Positions 22,001 through 33,426 of a DNA stretch of 64,000 nucleotides are shown one piece after another. Source of the stretch: Raillietiella orientalis (lineage: Eukaryota); contig JAYWIR010000096.1 of assembly GCA_036172245.1 (NCBI GenBank), positions 62,001-126,000 on the forward strand. The letters run 5' to 3'. A program made the position numbers and the translations under genes. Below the pieces are notes generated by a model. That model did not search any database. It worked only from the letters and a program-made list of their open reading frames with translations, and was not told the DNA's origin. Within the stretch, counting starts at the first letter, position 1. The number at the start of each line of letters is the position of its first letter.

Positions 22001-24938
22001 AGGTCTGGCAGTCAAGGGCGACAGTTCCACTTGACGACTAGAACCGGGAATGCTCGTCTCCAGCCGACGTGCGACGGAGAGTCACGCGCTATTACTTTTC
22101 TCTGTGCGCAGAGGCACCGACGGAAAGCAGCCTCTCCCGGCTGCTTCTGCCGATTGATGCCCCTGTTGTAGACGAAGAGGAACGCGCGCGTCTTGATGAG
22201 CCCTTTACAACAGAGGAAATTTCCTCGGCCATCTCAGGGCTCAAGAGACGAAAAGCGCCAGGCGAAGATACGCTCCCCGCGGAATTCTTTCAGTGTTTTG
22301 CGACGGAGCTGATCCCCCTGGTGCTCCAACTCTCGTCGCTGATGCGAGACTCGGGCGATGTCCCCGCCTCGTTTCGCTCAGCGAAGATGCGTCTACTGCC
22401 GAAAGGCGGAGATTTGCGCCAACTGAACAACTGGCGTCCGATCACATTAGTGAATTCGGACGTCAAGTTGTTCTCCAAACTTTGGGTGGCGCGGATGGGT
22501 AGGATTGCGGAATCCTTGGTAAGTCCGGAGCAGACGTACGCTGTTCCTGGGCGGTCCATGGACGCGATTCTCTTGTTCATCCGCACATGGCTGCAATTGC
22601 ATCATCGTGTGGCGGTGGATCGTGGTGCGGAAGCGACGCCTCCGATCTCTCACCGACGAAGGCGCGGGACGCAAAGGGAGACACCGGGAGCCTTGGCAGT
22701 TGCAGTCGATCTGCACAAAGCTTTCGATAGCGTGAAGCAAAAGCTTCTTTTTGAGCTTTGGGAACGTCTGGGTCATCCAGTATCCCTTTAGGCGTACTTG
22801 CGCTCCTGCTGGCGCAACAAGATTACATCCATTGTTTTCAGTGGCTGTCACGTGTACGGCGTGCCGGTACGACGAGGAATTTTGCAGGGTGACAGCTTAA
22901 GCCCGCTGCTCTTCAGCATCTATTTTGAATTGGTGCTGGAGGCTTACAGGCTGACGCTAGCCAACCTGCCGAGCTCCTGTCCAGGTACGCCCGCCGTGGC
23001 AGCCTATGCCGACGACCTGCTTCTCCTGTTGCCCATGTCCACTCCGACAGCGTCGCTTGGAGATTTCTTTGAGTTGATCCGTCGTGGTGCGGGCGTGAGC
23101 GTTAACAGGAGTAAGTGTATGGTTGTTCCGGTTGGTGCGACGTGGGAGGGGCAGTCCGACTGGATCGACCTGGGGATCCCCACGGGCAGGTACCTCAGGT
23201 ACCTTGGCGTGCCGTTGGGCGACTTCTGCGTCTCAGAAGCGTGGTCGGACTGCCTTCGGAAGGCAGAGCGTGCACTTAGCCCGTTTTCAGGAGGCGAGTT
23301 CGTCTTGCCGGAACGGGCCTGCATCTGGAACACCTTCGTTGCCCCCCTCCTCCGCCCCCTGTTTTTTGTTTGTCCACCCCCCCAGGAAGTCAAAGTCTGG
23401 GCGCAGCGCCTTCTACGCAAAGCGTTGTGGGGCGCTGCAAGATCCCGTGTTAGACTTAAAGACTTGGTGGCGCCGCGTCAGGATGCAGGCTTGGGCATCC
23501 TCGACTTAAACAGCATCGAACTGCAGGTGCAGTTTCGCATGCTGCGGCTCTGTGCCAAGCTGTGGTGTACGCCGTCGTGCTTACCCTCACGCCTTATACT
23601 GAGGCGCTGCACGGGAAGCGAGGGACTGCTGTCGTTGCTACCTCACTTTCGGCACACCAGAATAGGATTTGGCTTCCCGCGGAGGCAGCTGTCCTCACTG
23701 CTCGAAGCCCAAAGCTGGATCTCCTGCCGCCCCATGAACATTAATGCATGGCGGCAGGAATCTTTTTCATCGTGGGCAGCTTTCGAAGGAACGCGCCCGG
23801 AAGATCTTCGACGCCTGCTACTTCTCCTCAGTCATCAAATGGACGAAGTCATGCAGGACAAGAAGTTGTCGGATCGTCTGGTCGCCACAATTCTCGCCGC
23901 AGCGCTGTCTGCCCTCAGGGCAAGCAACGACGGTTTCCTACCGGCGGAATGGGAGTTCTCCTGCAAAATAGCGGGAGTCAGTAAGCTCTTTGGCAGCTGG
24001 ACGACAAAGGAGCTGGTGCAAGCCGCCACACCTCGGAATCGGGCGAAGGGACTGCTTCGGTGGAGCGAACATTTAAGTGTGCCCCTCGGAGAGATTGTGG
24101 TTACCCCCGTTTGTTTAAACAGCTCCGCGTTATCTCTAAAGTGGAAACAAGATGTGCTGCTCTTTTTACATTGTGCATTTCACTGTAATAGGCAGCGAAG
24201 CATCGTTTCCGGGGGAGCTGCTTTGCCAAACTGTTTAAGGTGCGGAGAGATCGAGTCTTTTCCGCATTTTTTGCTGCACTGCGGTGACCTCCGGGAACTG
24301 TGGCGAAGGCTCACTTCGGCCATCATGCCACAAGGAGGCAGTGCTGTTGATGTGCTGCGAGGCTTCTTCAGCAGAAATGGACTTTCGGTTGGCGCGATTG
24401 TCGCGACCATGTGTTGCGTTCGCGCCATCGTGAAGGCCCGCTACGCCCTGGAGTTGTCAGCGCAGCGAAGGGAGGCTAACCTGCTTGCAGCTCAATTCAT
24501 GGTGAAGGCTTCAAGGTGATCTCATCTTCGTGACAAGGTGAATGAGGACATCACCGGCATACATCGCCGGTTTACACACCTTTGAGAACGGCGTAATCCG
24601 GTGACACCTGCAACCTCTCGCCCACCCATACCACGTCCCCGTTCGCTCGGTAAAATTTCCGGTGCCCATGCTTTTATCCCCGTGGCTTCCAGAGCGATCC
24701 CAAGGACCCTTATCTCGTCCTCCTTATTCATTGTTTTTATTTAATTTTGGTTTCTTTGTGTTTCCCGCCCCCCCACACCGTTCAAGAAACTATTACTCTG
24801 GCCTGCGTGCCAGCAATATTGTCTTCATTCTTGTTCAGTCGTCGGTTGGGAGTTTTGTTCCCAACTGTTTTATTTTGTACAATTGCTTTTTTTGTTTATG
24901 TTATATGGAATAAACGCCCCGGCGTGACCGGGTGAGAA
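19070..24938 (+). mobile_element. Second tandem X copy (X2), degenerate, with internal deletion and a Y remnant
   Basis: Colinear with X1; lacks the X1-equivalent interval about 7973-13633; ORF2 21030-24585 has multiple stops and a frameshift; AATAAA at 24909. Confidence 0.92.
19554..20355 (-). mobile_element. 5' remnant of a Y element at the same X-ORF1 site as in X1
   Basis: Matches 13634-14455 and is followed by tcgccgactaggcagg. Confidence 0.9.
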
Positions 24939-24952
24939 ATCTCTTGCGCTCG

Positions 24953-27226
24953 CACAGTGCAGACGTGCTTCCGCGTCCATCTGCGCCAACCATCGGGCAA
25001 CTTTGTGCCTGCGTTTTCCCTCGCACTTGTGTGTTTCTGTGCAATCTGCCATGTAGCATAGTGGAACATGGCCAGTACACAGGATAGTGTGGAGGAACAA
25101 GTCACTGGATGCACTTCAGCTGCACTCTAAGCGGCCGCATCCACCGTAATGGCTTCCTCGCCCCCAGTAAGGAGTTATGTCGCTGTTACCTTTCAAACAC
25201 CAGGACCCTGCGATGCGGAATTCTAGGCATATTTGTCATCAGAGTACATGGCTGCACTCCGTTCTAAGGTCAGTGGGATCCTTAACGGGAGAATCGGTCG
25301 TGAGCTCAATGATGAGCTCGTCCCGATCGGCGTTCGCGAGGAGGAACTGCTTGCCATAATGCCTGCTGGCAGGATGGAATATACGAAGATTCGGTGCAAG
25401 AACGCAGCACTTGTGCAGCGCCTTCTCCGTACACCGTTGACCATCAATGGCAAGGAAGTCCTATCTACCGCGATGGACGACTCTTTTGTCGTTCAATTTT
25501 GCGATCACCTGTCCGCGCGGATCACCGCCACGAACAGGCGTGTTCTGCGTGAGCAGCTGCAGGTGAACGGCTCGATCGTTCACCTGTGGTTCATATGCCA
25601 GACTCGCGCGTGCGACCAGTGCGGCAAAGATGGGCACCGAATTAAAGAGTGCTTCTCTCCAAGATGCCGCTATTGCAAAGATTCCGGGCACGACATTAAA
25701 AAGTGCCCGGTACTTGCAAGAAAAAGAGCCGCAGGGGAAATTCGTCGGGTTTAAAAGACCACTGCAAGAAAAGCCACAGCGGAAAATAAAAAACGTCGTC
25801 CGCAAAAACTCGGAAAAAACAACGAGCGATCCGCGGATGAAAAGAAAGCTTCCCCGCCCGCAACGCCCCGGAAGGGGAAAGTCACGGTGGGGAAGCCAAT
25901 TAAAAAGGGGCGCGAGGGTTTGACGCGTAACGTGCCCTCTCTCCCTTCCGAACTCGCAGGCATTTCTTCGAGCCAGGAACCAGGAAATCTCTCTAACACA
26001 TTGGAGGCAAAGGTAGGAAAACACGAAGATCGCAACAGTGCGAAGACTTCTTGCCGCGTTCCGTTGTCCCTTCCGAGTTCAGGACAGCCCAACTGCAGCG
26101 CGGGCCCCTCTGCAAAGGCTACGAAAGCCGTAAAAAGCAGCCTCGCGACAAGCAAAAGCACGCTACATGCAGTCGCCCCATCGCCGATACGGCAGTAGAG
26201 GAGCAATCTCCCGACTGCCAAGAAGGTGACTCGGTTGCCGCCTGTTAAAAGCTTAGCGAAAGCAACGCTTCCAGAGAAGGCAGCGAAAATCCGGGAGGTT
26301 TCCGGAAGTACTCTTCGGAAGCCTTTGAAAATCGCGAAGGCGTATGGAAGGTTGTGGAGAGGAGGAAAAAAAAATCTCCAAAAAAAGCTTCGTAACATTC
26401 ATCCCTGAGCTCTTTCAAAGGAAAAAGCCGTCGCGCGAATACGAAAGGACGCGCGGGTTGTGCCTCTTCCCAGGAAAAAGGGAGCGCCTTGAACACGTGC
26501 ATGTCCGCTACTGTGACCGCCGAGAAGACCATTGCTATGCTATCGGACGGATGCAAGCGCACGTCGTTCGTGCGAGCATCAGACTCCGTAAAGGAGTCCG
26601 ATAGCGCCGTTGAACGACGCGTTACTCGCGCGGGAGCGAGCGCCCGCAGGTCTGAAGATCTCAGGCGTGAAACACTCGCCGCGAAACGGCGAGTGCTCAC
26701 CCCGGAACCCACAGATTCTGCAGCCGGTTAGGATCAGTCGATTACGTGCGACACAGTTTTGGCCGGTGACGACCGCGCTTTTCAGCCCGTCATGCCGCTT
26801 ACTGCCCGCTCGCCGGGTGAGGCGAGTACCACGGCCTCGCTTTCCCAGCCCTAATGAGGGCAATCGCCTCTTCTTGTCGTGTTGTAGTGACGTCTTGGAA
26901 CGCCAAAGGCCTGCAACACTTGGACAAGAGGCGACTAGTGTCTCACGCTCTGCGCGCCTTCGACTTGACTCTCCAGCAGGAGATTCACAGCATCTCCGAA
27001 GAGCAGGCTGCCGAAATCGAACGATGCGCTAACGGAACGCTACTTCATAGGTGCGGCGTTGCACGTACGTGCAGCGTCGCTTTTCTCTTGCGAGGTACTT
27101 TGGCGGGAGCGCTGCGCAGCGTTCGTTTCGACACGAAAGGACGAGTGGGACAGCTTGTACTCAAGTGGTCCGACTCGATTCACCTTGTCGTAACCAACGT
27201 GTACGCGCCGAGCGGTGCTGGACGGC
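24953..27226 (+). mobile_element. Third tandem X copy (X3): no Y insertion, degenerate ORF1, truncated within the EN
   Basis: Colinear with the X1 5' UTR and ORF1; TAATG at 26852; stops after NVYAPSGAGR. Confidence 0.9.
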
Positions 27227-28134
27227 GATGTTGCTGGCATGTTTCTCGCCCTCCTCTTTCGTTTTAGCTCGGCGCTCTCCTTAATCGAGTGGCCCAGCAG
27301 CTTACAGTATCGGCAACTACGTGTTGGGCACTTTCGCGGACGGTGGCCTTCCTTCCCGCAGTTGCCGCAAGCGGGGGTTTGTCCGGCAAACCGGAGATAG
27401 ATGACGACGTCTCCGAGGAGGATCTGCGAAGAAATGAGACTCCGGTCGTCCATGGTGACGCGCGCCGTCGCGAGTCCGCAAGAGAGGCGCTCCACTTTAT
27501 CTATGGGATTCGCGCTCCTCCACATAGAGTGCAATGTGGTGAACGCCTATTGTGCAACAATGATGTCGCTTTCCGTTATTCTCGGCCGAATCCCCGAGAG
27601 CTGGACCACGAACGAGTAGTCCAGGGCCGAGGGAACGACCTCCTGATACCTGATTTTCAGGGGGGTTCGCAGCAGCCGCTGGACGAGGGCTGCATCCTTG
27701 CAGTGCACCTCCCAATGGCCTACCGCGCTCACTGGCATAAGCGCCAAGAGATCGTCTTCTCGGACCCCTACGCATTCCAGCTCGCTCCGGAACTGGTCGC
27801 CCGTCCCATTCCGGTACGCGGCAATGACCTTGTTGACCAGAGGGGGGTTGTAGCTTCTCGCGGCGTACGCCCGCAGTTCTGCCTCGTCGGATGGGGCTCC
27901 GTGAGCCGCCGCTGCCTTAGCAACGGCGGCAAAACTTCTCGCTGGAGGCGAGGGACGATCGCTGGAGGCTTTCGCTCCTCCCTAAGAAGGTCCTGCGACG
28001 CAGGGGGATTCCTCCACCTCCATTTCTGCAGGCACTGGCTTCATTTTCAAATGAAAAATCGCACCACACCCAACAGGAACAGATGCAAAGAAGCACCGAA
28101 GACAAAGCGCAAGAATACACGTCCGAACAATATA
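27227..28134 (-). mobile_element. 5' UTR plus partial degenerate ORF1 of a LINE (family W)
   Basis: GGACGTG at 28118-28124; YLRFAGQTPACGNCGKEGHRPRKC and CRYCKLLGHSIKE. Confidence 0.85.
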
Positions 28135-28149
28135 GGGGGGTCGGCTGTG

Positions 28150-29100
28150 TATCACCCGGGTGCGCCGGGGCGTTTATTACCAACTATCCAATAACAAAGT
28201 TCCCGGACAAAGGAATAAACAAGAGACGAAGATGGTGGGATCCCCGACACGCAGGTCGGTATGCCGAAAGTCCGGAACGGGAGGGAGGGAAACACAAATA
28301 CACCGTATAGAAAAAAATAAAAATGAATATATGTTGGGCAGGGGACAGGGGTCTTTGCTTTTGCCGTTCCTTCCTTTCACAACCGGCGATGGATGCCGGC
28401 GATCTCCTTCCTCAAGCTCTCTAGAAGATGCCGTTACTCGGCTGCCGATGAAATGCTGGCGCTGGCTAAGTTGGTGGGCAGACGAAGGATGGCCAACTTC
28501 TCCAGTTGTCGCTGGGCCTTGTCGATGGCGCGGATGCAACACACGGTTGAAACAACAGCACATAAGGACAGGCCGCCTGGCGTGAAGAAGCGGCGCATCA
28601 ACTCCCTCGCGGTGTCCCCCTGGTGCAGGAGAGCTAAGGCCAGCTTTTGTCACACTCCTAGGAATGCACTGCAGTACAGGAGCAGGTGCGGGAGCGCTTC
28701 CACTTCCCCGCACCGCTTGCAGTTTGAGGAGACAACTCCCCCGGAAACACGGTTCGTCAGCTGCTTGGAGTAAAAACCCCAATGCATCAGCATAATCACG
28801 TCCTGCTTCCACGAAAGGAGGAACACAGAAGTGTTCAAACACGAGGGAGGTACCACAAGTTCTTCGGGAAGCACACTCAAGTGTTCGCTCCACCGAAGGA
28901 GTCCCTTCGGAACCTGGCGAGGCGTGGCGGCATCTGCAAGCTCGCAAGACCTCCAGCCGCCAATAGGTCGGGTTGTTTCTGCGATAGTGCAGGCGACCTG
29001 TCATCTCGCCGGATCGCAGCTGTCATCTCTCCCCCTGAGGGCTGACAGCACATCGGCGAGGAGCGCTACGGCCAGGAGAGACCAATTCTCCTGCCTATTG
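28150..29100 (-). mobile_element. 3' fragment of a LINE (family W): ORF2 C-terminus, 3' UTR, terminal hairpin
   Basis: CKRCGEVEALPHLLLYC; AATAAAcgccccggcgcacccgggtga at the end. Confidence 0.85.
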
Positions 29101-30484
29101 CACACTTGCCGCCGCGCGAACGCCGACGCCGCGACAAAGTCGCGAGCCCAGCGTGAGCAGCGACGACCGGGACTTGAACAAGGCGGCGGAAGAGTTGGCA
29201 GCCATGCTCCAGCAGCCTTCCAAGGCCCAGAAGAAGGCCTTGAGGCGTCCGGCTGAGGTGGAAGGACCGGAGACTTCCGAGTCCGAAGCCGAAGCCGGCA
29301 ACGCTCCGGCAGTCGCTCTCCCGAAGCGCAAACCGGGCCGCAAGGTAGGCAAACCGCGGCGCTCCGCACCTCCACCGGCGGAGGAGGAAATGCGGTCGGA
29401 CCACGACGACGGGGAGGCGATGTCCGCGAGGTCTCGCGGCTCCTCGCCGGAGGCGACCCTTGCCAAGCAGGATCCTCCAACCACCACCACAACCACCGAC
29501 GGACCGCCTCCTTGCGAGCAACAGCCCGTCGCAATGGACACACAACTCCTGCCTGCTGAACAGCAGGCGGAGGACGGTAAGCAAACACCATAAACACACC
29601 AATGCGTGGACTCTCCTCTTGCCGGTGACTGCGCGTAATCGGTTGGAACGTCAACGGGTTGCGCGACGACGGCAAGACGAGTGAAGTGGCCGCCAGCCTG
29701 CGGGACTTCGACCTGGCGCTTCTGCAGGAGACGCACGTGCTCCACGCAGCGGAGACCCAAGAAATCGAACGGATCGCAGGCGGGCGGCTCATATACGAGA
29801 ACGGGAGAGACCACACCCGCGGTGTCGCTTTCATGCTTAAGCCAGCCGTCGTTCATGCGCTGCGCGACGTGCATTTCGACGGGGAAGGTCAAATCGGGCA
29901 GCTTGTTGCCAAGTGGTCCGACGCGATCGAACTCGTCGTGACCAACGTGTACCCGCCCGGCACGAATCACAGGCGCGGGGAACGCACTGCGTTCTTCGAA
30001 GGCCTGCGGCGAGATTGGATGGCCGAAGCAGACATGCGAAAGGCGCACCTCATTGCCGGGGACTTTAACGTCCGCCTGCTGGCAGGTGCGCCCGACATTC
30101 GCGCACAGCTGGTCAACGAGATGTGCGCTGCCATGCACGCGCGCAACTTGTTGGCCGGTGACGCCGGGACGGAGACGAGGATCGACCACATGTTCCTCGA
30201 CAACCACCTGTGTTTGCGGGTGGGAAATCGAGGGGCAGTGCCATCCGAACTCTCCGACCATACCCGGCTCGTGGTAGAAATACACCCGCGCGGTAGAGGT
30301 TTACCCTCCACAGCGTGGCGTTTGCCAGGGGACTGGTTGCGCAACGCAGGAGCAGCGCAACATCTTCGCTCGTTCCTGCAAGGCTTCCATCTGCAGTCGC
30401 TCGCGGACTGGGACGACTTGAAGAGCTCAGACCGCGAGTTCTGCGACCAGTTTCCCATGAACCGTCTCCCTCCAGGTTTCGGCA
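29101..30484 (+). mobile_element. LINE fragment 'J': ORF1 C-terminus (stop 29593) and EN pseudogene (ATG 29602), cut at PPGFG
   Basis: WNVNGL, LQETH, NVYPP, GDFN, IDH, SDH, WDDLK, LPPGFG; an in-frame TGA lies near the ORF2 start. Confidence 0.88.
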
Positions 30485-30485
30485 A

Positions 30486-33426
30486 TGCCACCCGGATACG
30501 CCAAAACGTTTATTAGAAACATTTCAACGGTCAATACAGAACGTGGTACAAGGCCCCACTGACGGCCACGGAATGCCGGAACTGCCAAGACATGGGACGC
30601 AGCCCGGTGTGGCTCTCCTCGGCAGTGGAGGGGGATAAGGAAAAAACAAAAATAAAATAAAATAGAAAAACAAACCACAAAAGAAAGTTTAAAGGGGCGG
30701 GAAGGGATCACAGAAAACTGCTGGGAGCGCCCATCCTTTGCAGGATGCCTTCTAGTTCCATTTTCAGCTTTCCTAGATGGGGCCATCGGAAAGCTCTCAG
30801 CAGGAAGCGCGAAGCATACTCGATAACGTCCCTCACGATGCAGTCTTCATCTCCGGCATCACTCCAGGCCGCCACGATACCACGAATGCAGCAAAGTGCT
30901 GCCAGGGCTGCGGCTGGACTGAGAGCGTCCCGCACGAAGACAAGACTGAAGATACATTCAACATTGCCACCATCCAGTATCCGGAGGGCCGTTTTCAGAC
31001 GATCCCAAAAAATCCGGACGGCAGGGCATTTAACTAAGAGGTGGGGGAGCGACTCCCGCACCCCACACCTGGCACACGCAGAATTTACTCTTCCCCGCGT
31101 CCAGTGGAAGCGGCGCGCGTTGCAGGGTAGACCACAATGCAGCCACAGAAGCGCAGATTCTTGCCACTCCAGGGGGAGAATCCTGGATCCAAGTAGAACC
31201 GGGGGCCACTTCAGGTCATCCAATCGAATTCCGAGCAGCTCGCTCCATCTTCTTAATCCACGCGGCTGGAGAGTAGGGGTCGTTGCATCTGTCAACTCTC
31301 CCATGATCCAGTCGCTCATCATATTCTCTCTGCCTGCGATACGGCAGCAGACTTGCCACCTTGGCTTCCGGCTTTCGTAAAGCGCCCTTTGGAGAAAGGG
31401 CATCGCCGTAACAAGGGGTGTGCCTTCCGCCCACGTGCAACTCGGTGGAAATTCAAGAATTTCACGGAGAGTGCGGCGGGCGTATAAGCCGACTCGCAGG
31501 CGGTTCATCCGGTCTTCGCACCTGTGGTTCTGCTCAGCCCAGGTGCCAGCAGTCTCTTCCAGCCAAGCGAAGGAGTTGGCAGGGCCACAAACCATCCAGT
31601 CGTTCTCCTTTGCCAGGGTTGCCATGCGGCCGAGCATTAGACCGCATCTTCGAATCTTCCGGCCAGGGCACAGAAGAAACGATGCGAGTCCTTCGCAGCG
31701 GGACACACGCCTGGCCAGGAGGCAGGCCGGAATGCACCAAGCGGTGCTCCACATCTTCGCTGCGATGGCGAGGGTCCGCCATCGCAGCTGGATTTCCACG
31801 CGCTCCAGCGTCAGGATGCTGAGACCGCCGTCCCGACGCGGAGCGCACAAGTCCTTCAAAGGGACTCGGGGCCTCCCCTTGCCCGAAAGAGCTATGCGGA
31901 GGAGGTCCTTAGTCCGCTTTTCTGATTCCACGGGGGCGGGGCAAACAAAAAGCAAAGGGCGGAGGATGGGGGCCGCGAAGGCGTTCCGAACCGCGGCCCG
32001 TTCCGGCAAGTGAAACCTGCCCTCCAGGAACGGGCCGATCGCCGTCTCGACTTTCTGGAGGCAGCTGGACCACGCTTCCGCAGGGGAGAAGTCCCCCAAC
32101 GGCACATTGAGGTACTTGATGCACCTCACCGTGGGGATACCCAGACGGACCCAGTCCTGCTGCCCAGCCCACGTCGCTCCAACTGGCAACACTGACGACT
32201 TCGCCCTGTTAACCTGTAATCCGGCCCCACGGCTAAGCAGGTCGAAGAAATCTCCGACCGCCTTAGCCGGAATGGACATAGGTAAGAGGAGCAGAAGATC
32301 GTCGGCATACGCCGCTACGGCTGCCGTGCCGGCGCACGAGCTCGGCAAGGGGGCCAAAGTCACCCTGTACGCTTTCAGCACCAACTCAGCGTAGGTGCTA
32401 AAAAGCAGGGGGCTGAGGCTATCGCCCTGCCTTATGCCCCGCCGCACCGGCACGCCATACACCTTCTGTCCACTGAAAGTAATTGAGATTATCGCGTTCC
32501 GCCAGCAAGAGCGCAGGTAGGTAATCAAGGAGGGTGGGAAGCCCATGCGACCCAGGAGCTCCAAGAGGAGTTCCTGGTCAACACAGTCGAATGCCTTATG
32601 GAGGTCGACTGCGATCGCTAAGGCCCCCTTTCCCGCATGAAGGTCCCTTCCCTGTTTCACTGGCGGCCCCAAAGTAGGGTTGCAAATTTTCCCTTTCCCT
32701 TCTTTATTACTCCGCTGCGCGTGCATCCATGTGCTCGCGAAGAAGAGGTTGTCCTCCATACTTCGCCCGGGAACAGCGTAAGTCTGCTCCGGGCTAATTA
32801 TGGAATTGGACACCTGCCCCAATCGCGAAGCCCACAGCCCGGCAATCAACTTGGCGTCCGTGTTCACAATCGTGATCGGACGCCAGTTGCAAAGTTTCCT
32901 GAGGTCTCCTCCCTTCGGGAGGAGCCTCACCCTGACTGACCGAAACAAGGCGGAAACATCGCCTTCGTCTTGGTATCCCGTTGTCAACTCGAGCACCAGG
33001 GGGGCCAGCTCTTCCGCGGAACTCTGAAAGAACCCTGCGGGCAAGCCGTCCTCCCCTATCGCCTTACGCCTCTTGAGCCTTTTGATACCGGCTAGAATTT
33101 CACCGGTCGTGAAAGGCTCATCGAGGCTTTCTCCCTCCTCCTCCTTTATCGCCACGGAACCACTCATGAGCAATCCCCGCGAGGCGTCTTGTTCGGGTGG
33201 TGTTTTGGCGTAAAGGGAGGAATAAAAACACCGCACGAGTTTCCGTACGGCAGACGGGGACGATCTTTCCCGGCCCATGTCATCCAGCATGCTGGCGGAC
33301 CCGGATTGCCAGGCTTGTCGCTCGGCTCCGGCGCGGTATTCGGCCAGGCGACGGACATTGGGGTTCCTCTCGTGACGACTAGCGTGCAAATACGCGCGTT
33401 CGTTGCGAGCCCCTTTGCCGAATCCC
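30486..33426 (-). mobile_element. Z-related LINE 'K': open ORF2 from GFG to the stop at 30708, plus 3' UTR
   Basis: About 900 open codons with DLHKAFD, GIRQGDSLSP, YADD, CARCGVRESLPHLLVKC; AATAAA plus hairpin at about 30486-30514. Confidence 0.92.
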
